Origin: Chrysemys picta bellii
Lineage: Eukaryota
DNA length: 64,000 nucleotides
Reading direction: 5' to 3'
Assembly (NCBI RefSeq): GCF_011386835.1
Contig: NC_088791.1
Span: forward strand, 352,284,001-352,348,000
A program made the position numbers and the translations under genes. Below are positions 48,591-60,582 of this stretch, piece after piece. The stretch's first letter is position 1, and each line of letters opens with the position of its first letter. The notes under the pieces were generated by a model. It was given only the letters and a program-made list of their open reading frames with translations. It was not told the DNA's origin and did no database searches.

Positions 48591-49893
48591 TCACACCATA
48601 GCCTGGCCAGTCACAAAACTGGTTTTCAAAGCTTCTCTGATGTGCATCGCGCCCTGCTGTACTCTTCCCTGAGAGGGAAGCCCTGGTGCCTGGCTGCGCG
48701 TAATCAGCGGCCAGACGATTTGCCTCAACCTCCCACCCCGCCATAAATGTCTCCCCCTTACTCTCACAGATATTGTGGAGTGCACAGCGAGCAGCAATAA
48801 CAATGGTGATATTGGTTTCACTGAGGTCTATCCGAGTCAATAGGCTGCGCCAGCGCGCTTTTAAACATCCAAATGCACATTCCACCACAATTCCGCACTT
48901 GCTCAGCCTATAGTTGGACAGGTCCTGACTACTGTCCAGGCTGCCTGTGTACGGCTTCATGAGCCATGTCATTAAGGGGTAGGCTGGGTCCCCAAGGATA
49001 ACAATAGGCATTTCTACATCCCCAACGGTTATTTTCTGGTCCGGGAAGAAAGTCCCTTCCTCCAGCTTTCGAAACAGAGCAGAGTGCCTGAAGACGCGAG
49101 CATCATGTACATTTCCCGGCCATCCCAAGTTGATGTTGGTGAAATGTCCCTTGTGATCCTCCAGGGCTTGCAGCAGCATTGAAAAGTACCCCTTGTGGTT
49201 TATGTACTCGGTGGCTTGTTGCTTCGGTGACAAGATAGGGATATGGCTTCCGTATATCGCCCCACCACAGTTTGGGAATCCCATTGCAGCAAAGCCATCC
49301 ATTATGACTTGCACATTTCCCAGAGTCACTACCCTTGATATCAGCAGGTCTTTGATTGCCCTGGCAACTTGGATCACAGCAGCCCCCACAGTAGATTTGT
49401 CCACTCCAAATTGATTCCCGACTGACCGGTAGCTGTCTGGCATTGCCAGCTTCCACAGGGCTATCGCCACTCGCTTCTCAACTGTGAGGGCTGCTCTCAT
49501 CCTGGTATTCTGACACTTCAGTGCAGGGGAAAGCAAGTCACAAAGTTCCATGAAAGTGCCCTTACACATGCGAAAGTTTTGCAGCCACTGGGAATCGTCC
49601 CACACCTGCAACACGATGCGGTCCCACCAGTCTGTGCTTGTTTCCTGGGCCCAGAATCGGAATTCCACACCATGAACCTGCCCCAGTAACACCATGATTT
49701 GCACATTGCTGGGGCCCGTACTTTGTGAGAGGTCTATGTCAATTTCCTCATCACTGTCATTGCCGCACTGCAATCACCTCTTTGGCTGGTCCTGGTTTTG
49801 CTTTGGCATGTCCTGGCTCTGCATATACTCCAGGACAATGCGCGTGGTGTTCATAGTGCTCATAATTGCCGTGGTGATCTGAGCAGGCTCCAT
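48591..49893 (-). pseudogene. Harbinger (HARBI1-family) DDE transposase, disabled
   Basis: FPNCGGAIYGSHIPI, HDARVF, LGDPAYP, VECAFG.LKARWR. ATG at 49893 is followed by an in-frame TGA (49776-49774); the first catalytic Asp is TAC/Tyr (49254-49252); frameshift near 48660. Confidence 0.92.
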
Positions 49894-51403
49894 GATCCCA
49901 GTGCTATGGCGTTTGGTCTTAAAAAATGCGTGAAACTAGTGTCTGACAGAGGGAGGGAGGGGCGACTGACGACATGGCTTACAGTATAGGGAGTTAAAAT
50001 CAAGAAAGGTGGCTGTGCATCAGGGAGAAACACAAACAACTGTCACACAGAATTGGGCCCCCAAAGATTGAACTCAAAACCCTGGGTTTAGCAGTCCATT
50101 GAATTCATGGAGGGAGGGGGAAGCAAATGAATACAGAACAAATCTATTTTTTACATCTTAAGCTGGCAGCCAATGGTGCAGCGTGACTGATAGCCCTCGG
50201 CATCTTCTGGGTGCTTGGCAGAAAATACTGGGTGCTTGGCAGAAAATAGTGCATTACGACTGATAGCCGCCATCATCATTGGGAAGGCAGCAGAATACGA
50301 CTGGGGGACATATGGAGTTTCAGCCATCATCTGATCAAACTGCTGTATGACGATGACGGATACCAGTCATAATATATGAGCATGGCCGGATTCACTCTTC
50401 TGGGGTCTCTGCATTCCATTAACATTGGCCAGGCACTTCAGCTTCTCCTGGAGGGTTTTCTGGGGGCCAGAGTAAATCACTGGAAGCATTTGGTAACAGT
50501 GAGTTAATAGAGCCTGGTTTTGAGTGAATTTACACATGAAACTCTGGCATTAAATTAAGGATCTGACCCTAAAAAATTGTCCCATATGCTGGAAAGAGGC
50601 AGTTGCATAACTTGAACTGTCAGGGGCGCACAAAAAAATAATTCATGTAATGAAGCTATAAAATACATTTAAAAATAGCTTCAGTGCAGGACAGATAAAT
50701 ACGACTGTTTTCACCATGCACTTGCTATGTTTTTACACACATGGCATGATACAGTGGGACACACTCAGAAGTGGAGGGCCAAAAAGGGTGTCTGTGTGAA
50801 GGGTATAACAGAGTTCAAAAGAGAACTACATAAATTCATGGACGATGGATCACTTGATGATGACCTGTTCTGTTCATTCCCTCTGGGGCACCTGGCCTAA
50901 GCCACTGTCAAAGACGGGATACTGGGCTAGATGGACTTTTGGTCTGACCCAGTATGGCTACTCTTGAGTTTTTATGGTCTAAGGTCACAATTTTAAAATC
51001 ATATAGTGCTCAAGTAGGCTGTGGTATTCACAGCCACAAGGTATCAATGGGGCCAAGAGCTTAGCAGGATTCAAAGATGGACTGATTAACCAGAAAATCC
51101 AATTACAGTAGAGGATTGTTTTTAAAAAGTTTTGGAGAGGCTCTAAACCTTCCTGATTTAGACCACAAAATAACTCTAACTAGTGGGTCTCATAGCTGCC
51201 TAATTAGGGCTTCTTCCACCTTCCTCTGAAGCATCTAGACATATCCACTGGTTACTGGATAGATAGACTTCAAGTCTGATCCAATCTGAATAATCAGATT
51301 CATGTAAATCCAACAGTATGTTTTTGCTTATCTATCTTGAGCTCTGGGAGTCTGTAGGCTTGCACTGAAAGCAAAATGATTTATTGCTAAATATCATCTA
51401 ATC

Positions 51404-51423
51404 TCCTCTTATTTTTCTTTCAG
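51404..51423 (+). promoter_or_regulatory. Splice acceptor for the OR coding exon
   Basis: ctcctcttatttttctttcag, followed by 40 nt before ATG 51464. The paralog has ..ttttcatttag (AG at 62694-62693, -), also 40 nt before its ATG. Confidence 0.75.
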
Positions 51424-51463
51424 GAAGCACATTTCAGAACTCCTCCGACCTGCCCAGTACATT

Positions 51464-52399
51464 ATGTCAGCTGTCAATGACACCAAATTAAAATCTGTAA
51501 TATTCCTTCTCACTGGGCTACTGAGTCATGGAGACACACATCTCTGGATTTCTATTCCTTTTTGCTCGATGTATGTTATTTCGACAGTAGGAAATTCAGT
51601 CATTCTGTTCATTGTAAAAACAGATCCAAGCCTCCATGAGCCCATGTACATTTTCCTTTCCATGTTGGCCATCACAGACCTTTGCATATCGATAACCACC
51701 ATACCCACGATAATGGGCATATACTTGTTTAACTCTAGGGAGATCAGCCTCGGTGCCTGTTTAGCCCAGCTCTTCTTCATCCACTTGCTTCAGTGCATTG
51801 AATCCTGTCTGCTGCTGTTCATGGCCTTTGACCGCTTCATTGCAATTTATAACCCTCTGAGATATGCTTCCATCTTAAACCTGCCGAGAATAACCAAGAT
51901 GGGACTGGTGGCTGTGGTAAGAGCGATGGTCATAATACTTCCACTTCCCTTTCTCCTGAACCGGTTCCAATACTGCCGAGTCAATGTCCTCTCCCATTCC
52001 TTCTGCATGCACCGGGAGGTCATGAACATGGCTTGTTCGGATATCAAAGTCAGCATCATCTATGGTTTGTTTACTAAACTCTTAACAATGGGGTTGGATT
52101 CACTACTCATCTTCCTCTCTTATGTGATGATCCTCAAAACAGTGCTGCGCATCACCACCTACAAGGAGTGCCTGAGGGCCCTGAACACCTGCGTCTGCCA
52201 CCTCTGCACCCTGCTGCTCTTCTACACACCAGAGATCAGCTTGACTGTGATACACAGCTTTGGGAAGGACTCTTATCCCTTACTTCTGATTCTCCTCGGA
52301 TACATCTCCCTGTTTCTCCCACCAATGATGAACCCAATTGTGTACAGCGTGAAAATCAAACATCTTCGTGTGAAGATAATCAGGGTATTCATGAAGTGA
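51464..52399 (+). CDS. Class I olfactory receptor, OR51-like (311 aa), intact ORF
   Basis: LHEPMYIFLSMLA.TDL, MAFDRFIAIYNPLRY, RALNTCVCHL, FYTP, PPMMNPIVYSVK; N-terminal NDT site. Confidence 0.93.
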   Translation: MSAVNDTKLKSVIFLLTGLLSHGDTHLWISIPFCSMYVISTVGNSVILFIVKTDPSLHEPMYIFLSMLAITDLCISITTIPTIMGIYLFNSREISLGACLAQLFFIHLLQCIESCLLLFMAFDRFIAIYNPLRYASILNLPRITKMGLVAVVRAMVIILPLPFLLNRFQYCRVNVLSHSFCMHREVMNMACSDIKVSIIYGLFTKLLTMGLDSLLIFLSYVMILKTVLRITTYKECLRALNTCVCHLCTLLLFYTPEISLTVIHSFGKDSYPLLLILLGYISLFLPPMMNPIVYSVKIKHLRVKIIRVFMK

Positions 52400-55036
52400 G
52401 GGGTCAGTTCACCACCTGGGTCCAGTGACATGGGAGATGTAAATCATGGGCCACCTCTTCCATACTGGACCGCTACATCCAAGATCACATGAGTTATTGA
52501 TCTCTACTATAAAGAGGGGTTCAGATGGGGTTTAAGACTGGTGAAGGGGGACAGGAATGGTGATGGAGGACTGGGCAGTGGGGGAGTGAGACCAAGGCAG
52601 GCAGCAGCATTTACAGAGTGACTTTTTGTGGAGAGCCAGGGGATCGGTTGGATGTTGGACGAAAAACGGTCGTATTAGTGGCCGCTCCGACCTCACAATT
52701 CATGTCGATAATCAATAAAGAGAAGGGATGTGGATGCTGTTTCCCATTAGACCTGGCCTGTCACTGTCCCTTCTCTGGCTATACATCCAAGGACTATTCA
52801 AGGGGCACTGTCACTCAGTCTTCCCATGCACACTCAGCCAGATGCTTGTGTCTGAGTGGTGTCAGGGACATAACTAACACAGGAGAGCCAGGAGAAGCCT
52901 TTCAGGCAAGGCCCCCATTAATGGCTTTGTGCACACCACACCTGCTCAGTCCACTCCCCACTGAGGCAGGGCAGAGCTGCACGTGTGAGTAATGGTCTGA
53001 CACACAGGAGTTGTGGTAAGAGACTCAGGCCTAGGTTCCCTCCCGGTCAGATCCATCTGTGCTGCCCCAGCAATGTGAAACAGAGGAAACTGGTCTCAGC
53101 TCAGGCCCAGCTAGCTCCTATCCCAGCCCAGCCCATTCAGTGTAGGGTGACCACCTTTCCAAAAGGCAAAAGCAGCACACAGGCTGGGAGCCTGGTCCCC
53201 TTGGTGACCCTGCCCCTGCCCCTCTTCTTCCCCCTGGAGGCCCCACGCCCTGCTCCTCCTCCTCCACTGAGGCTCCACATCCTGTCCAGTCCAGAAGCCA
53301 GAGCCAGGCCATAGAAAGAGCTGATCAGGGAGCCGGAGCCTCTGTGAGGAGCCCCAGATCCTCCACCTCCCCTGGGCAAGGGACTGGGGGGACAAGAGAA
53401 TGCCCCAGCCTATGTCCCTGCCCCTCAGGACGCATCCCCAGAGCAAGTGGAGAGACTGGGAATCCCCACAACAGCCTGGGCTCCTGGGGTAGCTGTAACC
53501 GTGCTTTTTTGGGTCACAACTGAAAATATCAAATTCAGGACAAACTGCTGAGAAATAGGGGAGAGAGACCCCGCAAAGTCTCTGGTCGTGGTTATTCTCC
53601 TGTGAGATATACCAAGGATGACCACAGTGAGTGGGGTGAGGTGAGGGAGAAGAGAGGGGCATGGTAAAGGAACTTTTTGTTGTAGAACTCAAGCATATGA
53701 GGTAGAAAACACTGCCCCACATGCACTGTTCTGCTCACAATTTTATGTTTATGAACCCTGCTTGTGGCATTTTCCCTAATTAATATCGGATGACTTCCCT
53801 CCTTTAATTAAAAGTTACTTTCCTACCCTCAGATTTTGTGCTTGCAGGTGGAGAAGTATTGCCTTTCAGGGGCACCAAGGGGTGGGGTGTAATTTTCCCA
53901 GTTTACTGGATGGGGGCTCGAGCTGCTTCTCTGTTGTATTGTTGAAAAGGAACCCCTAGAGATTGAAGGCGGCCCTGGTTGCTGCTGCCTCTACTTGGCA
54001 GAAGGAGGGCATCTGCCAAGCTCCATTGTAAAACCAACTGGGTTGTTTGCTCAACACTGCTCCTGTTGGGAAGCTGTTCCAGAACATCCCTCCTCAGATG
54101 GTCAGAAACCTCCTTCTCCTTTCCAGCCTCAGTTTGCTCCCGGTCAGTTTGTCCCCATTTGTTCTTGTGCCAACACTGTATTTTAGCTTCAGGAGCTTAT
54201 CTCCCTCCCTGGTGTTTACTCCCCTGATATATTTATAGAGGAATTGGATCCCCACTCAGCCTGCCTTGTCTTATGCTAAACCTGCCAAGTTCTTTCAGTC
54301 TTCTCCTAAACCAGGCCCTCCATTGCCCTGACCATGCTCTGCAATTCCAGCCTGAATTCTTCTTTCTGGAATAGGAGTGACCAGAATTTTACACAGTTTG
54401 CCAGAGTAGGTCCCATCAGGGTCTGGTATAAGGATATTAATACTTCCCTTTGTCCTTGACACATTCTAGGATCTCATGTGCCTTGTTCACAGCCGCATCA
54501 CATCGATGTCCCACAGTCGTCGTTGGACTGACTAACACACCCAGGTCTTTCCCCTCCTTTGCTGTTAACAACTTACCCATGGTATATAAATAGGAGTGTA
54601 ATGAATAGAAGTAGGGAAGATTGAAAGCTGAACTGATGACAGTGTACAAGCACTTTCACTGGGATGAAATAGGAGCTATTAACAGGTTCTTTAATCTAGC
54701 AGGGAAAAGTATAACAAGAACCAATGGCTGGTAACTGAAGCCAGAAAAAAAAATACAATTGGAAATGAGGCACCCATTCTTCATAGCAAGGATGCTTAAC
54801 CAGTGGAACAAACTCCCAAGGGAAGTGGTGGATTCTCCAGACATCCCCATATGAAGTTTGGATGCCTTCCTGGAAGATATGTTTTAGATTAATACAAGAG
54901 GTGGTTTAGTCAAACACAAGTCATTGTGCTCATTATGGAGGTAACTGAGTAAAATTATGCAGGACGTCAGATGAGATGATCTTATAATTCCATTTGCCCA
55001 TAAATTCTATGAATCTATGAATAATTTTCTTGAGTG

Positions 55037-55906
55037 TGTTAGGATATAGATATTCAGGCCTGTTTGCAAAGGCCTATACTTTAAGAATTTAGCTAGTTAC
55101 AAAAGTATAATAGAAAGAGTTAAAATCACTGTCTGCTGGTATAACGGTCTTTTCTCACTGTGACAGTCTAAGGCCTTGTTCTAAGCCTAAGGCCTTCGGC
55201 TAAGCAGCAGAGGCAGCCATAAACTGAAAAGTGTATGGTCACATCCTTACATTTCAAACTAGTCACATGGAAATAAGGTGCTATTGGGCTGTTAGGAAAA
55301 CAATCCTGTCCTAATATTTTTATCACCTCCAGAGAAATGTAAGAGCCTAGAAGATGTAAAAGGAAACTTAGTTTGATAGCATCCTGTCTGGCAAGAACTC
55401 ACTTATCAATAGCTGGGATGTAAAATCCTCATTTCTGTATTGTTCTATCACTGTAGTCTCTACTTCCCTATTGTTTGTCTGTATAATCTCTGTCTGATTC
55501 TGTGATTGATTCTGTCTGCTGTATAATTAATTTTGTTGGGTGTAAACCAATTAAGGTGAGGGTATATAATTGGTTAAATAATCATGTTACAATACGTTAG
55601 GATTGGTTAGTTAAATTTCAGTAAAATGATTGGTTAAGGTATAGCTAAGCAAAACTCAAGTTTTACTATATAGTCTGCAGTCAATCAGGAAGTAAGGGGG
55701 GGATGGGAACAGGGACTCAGGCAAGGCTCTGTGGTGTCAGAGCTGGGAAGGGGGACACTGAGGAAGGAACTTGGAATCATTGCTTGCTGGAAGTTGACCC
55801 CAATAAACATCAATTGTTTGCACCTTCGGGCTTCAGGTATTGTTGCTCTCTGTTCATGCGAGAAGGACCAGGGAAGTGAGAGGGTGAAGGAATAAGCCCC
55901 CTAACA
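55037..55906 (+). mobile_element. Solo LTR, 870 bp
   Basis: tgttag...ctaaca terminal inverted repeat; exact 5-bp TSD gagtg at 55032-55036 and 55907-55911; AATAAA at ~55802. Confidence 0.9.
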
Positions 55907-55911
55907 GAGTG

Positions 55912-56645
55912 GATCATTATCTCGGATGCAACATGAACAAGTAGCGACTCTGAATGCTGATAGGCAGTCAGCAAGGACATATGCTGGCCAAGAAGAATCA
56001 GGATTGTCACAATAAAATTCTGATATATGGTCTCTTTACCCTCTAAACTGGGTCTTTGCCTGTCATGACAGGTGAAGAGAAAGTAATTAGGGAATTGTTA
56101 TTTACTCTTTCTCATAACAAAAAAACTAGGGGTCATAAAAATAAATTAATAGGCAGCAACTTTAAAAAAAACATATTTCTTCACACAACACACAGTCAAC
56201 CTGTGGAACTCCTTTCCAAAGGATGTTGTGGCTTCCAAGACTTTAAAATGGTTCAAAAAAGAACAAGTTAGGAGGATTAATGGAGGATAGGTCCATCAAT
56301 GGCTATTAGCCAGGATGGTCAGGGACGGTGTCCCTAGCCTCTGTTTGCCAGAAGTTGGGAATGGGTAACAGGGGATGGATCACTTGATAATTGTCTATTC
56401 TTTCCATTCCTTCTGGGGCATTTGGCATTGGCCATTGTAAGAAGACAAGATACTTGGCTAGATGTAATATCAGTCTCACCCACTGATGCATCCGACGAAG
56501 TGGGCATTCAGCCATGAAAGCTTATGCTCCAATACATCTGTTAGTCTTAAAGGTGCCACAGGACTCTCTGTTGCTTTTTACAGATCCAGACTAACACGGC
56601 TTCCCCTCTGATACAGTCTCACCCAGTATTGCCATTCTTATATTC
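55912..56645 (+). mobile_element. CR1 3' end with a small Penelope insert
   Basis: ..ggaggataggtccatcaatggctattagccaggatgg.. 3'UTR ending gccattcttatattctta. Confidence 0.8.
56483..56613 (+). mobile_element. 131-bp Penelope family B terminus carrying a complete hammerhead-like motif (56488-56527)
   Basis: GCAU-CCGACGA-A-GUGGGCAUUCAGCCAU-GAA-AGCU-U-AUGC; 12-bp TSD cagtctcaccca at 56471-56482 and 56614-56625. Confidence 0.85.
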
Positions 56646-58930
56646 TTAATTATCCCACTCTTAGAGTTTGGAACAACACCCCATCTCTGCTAAATGCTCA
56701 TCACCAAGCAGATCTGACTCAGTCTCTTCCCTTTGGGTACTCATGACCAGAGTTATAAACTCACCTGCAGCCTCCTTAAAACAAGTAGGTTTAGGAGTAA
56801 GGAGCACAAAGCTTTAAGAAATTGGTTTTAAAATAGCAGACAGCTGTCACACATCTACAATATCACTGAAAGCTAAGGTAGACAGGCTTTGCTCTGGAGA
56901 TAGAGAAACAAAACTGGTCCAACTTAAATTCTTTCAGGAAGCCAAGGAACTCTTGGGACCCAGCTTAGTTTCCCTATGTCTCTGACAGCATCTTCCCATC
57001 TGTTTGCCCCTTTCCTGTGGAAGCAGCTTTTGCTGAAACCTGTGTGAGGTTGGCCAACTCGCCATTGTGCTCAGCCGTCTCCATGTTACAGGGCCAAGGC
57101 GTGAAGCTGACCTCTGCCCTCAGACTGCTGTAACTGGTGCTCCTTTCTCCTCAGTTAAATCCATTCAGACTGTGTAGCTTGCAAACACTGGTCCGCTGAC
57201 TGTGCTGAACCAGTTGGAATCCCTGTGATGCTCCAATACTCCCCTCACTGTCAAGCCTGAGCACCACACATTTGCCATGAAAACCAAGGGGCTGGACTCA
57301 TGGGGCATCACAGAATCCAGTTTTTACCGGAGGCTCTGGTGAGAACCTTTTGTAGAGAAATGTCAGAGGTGTTGTTCGTGAAACCCTGAAACAGCCCCGA
57401 TCTTAGAGACTCAGAGTATCTGAGTACCTTGAATGTATTTATCCTCTCTGCAAGGCAGGGCTGGGGTACTATCCACCTGAGTAGAGGCTCAGAGACAACC
57501 AATGGCTTGCCCATGGTCACAGACGACAAGGGAATTAAACGTGCCTGTCCTGAGTCACAGAGCAGTGCCTAGACCACAGCCCCAGGCTTCCAGCCATCTG
57601 AGTGGTGACAGGCCGGGATAGAATCTCTGCTGCACCTGCAGAGCTCCCCCTCCCGGCCATGCTGTACAGAGCGGGGATGGCAAGGAGCCAGTTACAGAGG
57701 TTTGATTCTCTGGCTTGTTCTCCCCCTGCCTCAGCAGAGTTTAGAGCAGCCTGGGCACTTGGCTAACCTCTGCCTGATTTTAAAAGCTTCAAAGAGCTCA
57801 GCACACTCTGGCCATCTTCCTGTGGATCAGGGCCCCCACAGAGTGCACCCTGGGGGCTTGAGGTAGCCCTACAGACACCCTGCCCTTCCCTCTAAGGTTC
57901 TTGCAATGGCTTACTCTCAGGCTGGAATATTCAAAACAAGAGCTCCCATTGAGGGGTCACATTTATTCAGTCTTCTCCAAAACACAAGGTCTCCTACCCT
58001 CCAACTTGACCAGTCTGATTTACTCATGAACACCCTAACATCCTTGCTGCTGGTGTCAGCATTGCTTCAGACTTTCTGCAAACCCTTTTCCCTTGAGCCC
58101 CTCCCCGCATCTCTTACCACTAGGCCCTGCCCCCTGCTGATCCACTTCCCCTGAGGCTCCACCTCCAGGCCATGCCAGAGCCAGGCCATGGTAAGAGCTA
58201 CTGTGATGTTCTTTGATCAAAATATGACCATATACATCACTTTTGCAACCACTGTTATATATTTGCAACACACTTGGACAAAATGTGGCATGTAAGATGT
58301 CTATGAAAAGGTTATGATTTGCTGGTTATAGCTGTGCTAACTGTATGCATGTATCATTCTTGTATTTGAAAGTATAACTATTGGCTCTATACCTGGATTT
58401 TAAATGTTTGCTCCTGGGGTAATGCCCACAAACTAGTTAGTCTGCAAATCTTGGAGGGATTATTCAAATTAAGGGCTCATCAAGAAACACTTAACTGACA
58501 ATGGACCATGGGAGACGCCCATCTACACGGAATGGACTGTCCTGCAAATGTACTGTCCGGGTATAGGTAATGGTTTCCTGCTGTGACTAAGAAAAATTAT
58601 GATGGACATGTGATTGGCCATGTGATTCCAAACCCCCACTTGTCACCTGCAATTTTCCACTGGCTGTGCTGAGGGTTTTGTTTAAAACAATGGGTTTCCC
58701 TCCACATGGCAGATGCTATAAAAGGTTGTAAAAGAAAACACCTCCATTTGGCTTCTTTCCTGCTCAAGCCTCAGAACAATGAATTGATACTAACGGGAGC
58801 ATTCTAACCAGTGGACTGAGGTCCTGCCAATCATTTTTAAGCAACTAGAGACTTATCAAGCCAGCAGCTTATTCCTTCACTGCTACAAACCCGAAATAAG
58901 AACTTTGCATTTTTTGTACGTATTTGACTC

Positions 58931-59510
58931 TGTAACAGGGTGCTGGCCAGGAGGCACTGAGCCAGGCCTCTGTTAGCCCAGCTCCAATTAAGAAGTATTA
59001 ATTGGGGCTGGCTGGGTATGCCACGCCTAATTAGTGAAACAGAAGCACCAGCGGGCCTTATTAGCCAGGGGACTATATAAAGCTGACAGGAAGGCAGCAA
59101 AGGTGGGGCAGTGGTAAAGAGCAAGGAAAGGGAAGTGCTCCAGGCTGTGCATCCCTGCTTGCTGGAGAAGCTAGCTGTCCTCCAGGTTGCTGGTTTGCAA
59201 CTGTCTGTAACTAGAAGGTGGTGGGAGTTGACAGTGTTGATAGGAGGGATAGCTCAGTGGTTTGGGCATTGGCCTGCTAAACCCAGGGTTGTGAGTTCAA
59301 TCCTTAAGGGGGCCACTTAGGGATCTAGGGCAAAATCAGTACTTGGTCCTGCTAGTGAAGGCGGGGGTCTGGACTCCTTGACCTTTCAAGGTCCCTTCCA
59401 GTTCTAGGAGATGGGATATCTCCATTAATTTAATAAAAGAAGCACTGGTGATTGCACTTGGAGGAGGTCTCTGACTGATTTGCTCAAGGGCAAGTGAAGG
59501 CCTTGTTACA
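58931..59510 (+). mobile_element. Solo LTR (LTR-C) nested in LTR-A
   Basis: Perfect 7-bp terminal inverted repeat tgtaaca...tgttaca; flanks gactc/ggctc (5-bp TSD with one mismatch). Confidence 0.7.
59243..59432 (+). mobile_element. tRNA-derived SINE with CR1-type tail
   Basis: A box tagctcagtgg (59250-59260), B box gagttcaatcc (59293-59303), then ..gacctttcaaggtcccttccagttcta CR1-like 3' end. Confidence 0.88.
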
Positions 59511-59929
59511 GGCTCCTTTAACCAATTATCAGTCTTCCCTTTCTTTCTTTCTTTATAAAAAAAGCTTTAGATTAGAGATAACAAAGGATTGGCATCATCA
59601 TGATTTTTGGGTAAGATCTCAGTTATATACTGACCTGCATGTGCGGCTGGTCCTTTGGGATCAAATGAACCAGTTATTACATTAAATTTGTTTTAAAGAT
59701 CCACTCATCTTTAAATCTAGTGTTTTGGGGGATATTAGGGCTGGAATATCTAAGGAAACTGCTTTTATGACTTCTTGTTAGCCATTGTGGTGAAACAGAA
59801 GTTAATTTTGTATTTCTGCTTTGGTATATCTCATGGGAGAATAACCACCAGTTTGGGGGTCTGTTTGCCCTGTTTCTCAGCAGTTTGTCCTGAATTTGGT
59901 ATTCACAGTTGTGACCCACCAAAGCATCG

Positions 59930-60582
59930 TGTGACAGACCTAGACCAGTGGGGTACAGGAGTCTGGTAGAGGGCAAATATACTGGTCACTGGATGAGTAG
60001 TTTCTGTTCCCTGAGTGACCAGAGCAGGGGCTGCACTAGAGCAATCAGGAACCTGCTAGAACCAGTTAAGGCAGGCAGGCTAATTAGGACACCTGCAGTC
60101 AATTAAGAAGCTGCTAGACTCAATTAAGGCAGGCTAATCAGGGCACCTGGGTTTTAAAAAGGAGCTCACTTCAGTTTGTGGTGCAAGTGTGAGGAGCTTA
60201 GAGCAAGAGAAGCAAGGAGCTGAGTGGGAGGGGGAGGACTGAGGAGCGCAAGCGTTATCAGACACCAGGAGGAAGGTCCTGTGGTGAGACTAAGGAAGGT
60301 GTTTGGAGGAGGCCATGGGGAAGTAGCCCAGGGAGTTGTAGCTGTCATGCAGCTGTTACAGGAGGCACTATAGACAGCTGGAGTCCACAGGGCCCTGGGC
60401 TGGAACCTGAAGTAGAGGGTGGGCCTGAGTTCACCCCAAACCTCCCAATTGATCTGGACTGTGGGTTCTTCCAGAGGGGAAGGTTTCTGGGCTGTTCCTC
60501 AACCCACATGGTGAATCTCTGAGTCAAGAAAATCCACCAATAAGTGCAGGACCCACTATGATAGAGGAGGAACTTTGTCACA
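59930..60582 (+). mobile_element. Solo LTR (LTR-B) nested in the 3' tip of LTR-A
   Basis: Perfect tgtgaca...tgtcaca ends; flanks atcg/atgg (4-bp TSD with one mismatch); empty site in arm 1 near 53500. Confidence 0.82.

Larger units (their letters stand above)
45943..50375. mobile_element. PIF/Harbinger transposon with two convergent genes; right end missing
   Basis: Left TIR-like ggcctggtctacactac at 45943; Myb/SANT gene on + and DDE transposase on -; no matching gtagtgtagacc terminus seen downstream. Confidence 0.92.
50405..53612 (+). repeat. Arm 1 of an inverted segmental duplication containing an OR51-like gene
   Basis: Reverse-complement match to ~59820-63770 across 5' flank, CDS, 3' flank, MITE and an LTR end. 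Confidence 0.9.

Noticed and set aside
48568-49773. 401-aa ORF as an intact or domesticated HARBI1-like host gene
   Set aside because: TTG start behind an in-frame stop, catalytic Asp->Tyr, frameshifted C-terminus, and embedded in a TIR-bearing element with its Myb partner.
59243-59320. tRNA gene
   Set aside because: A and B boxes are present but there is no proper acceptor stem or terminator, and it runs into a CR1-like tail; this is a SINE head.
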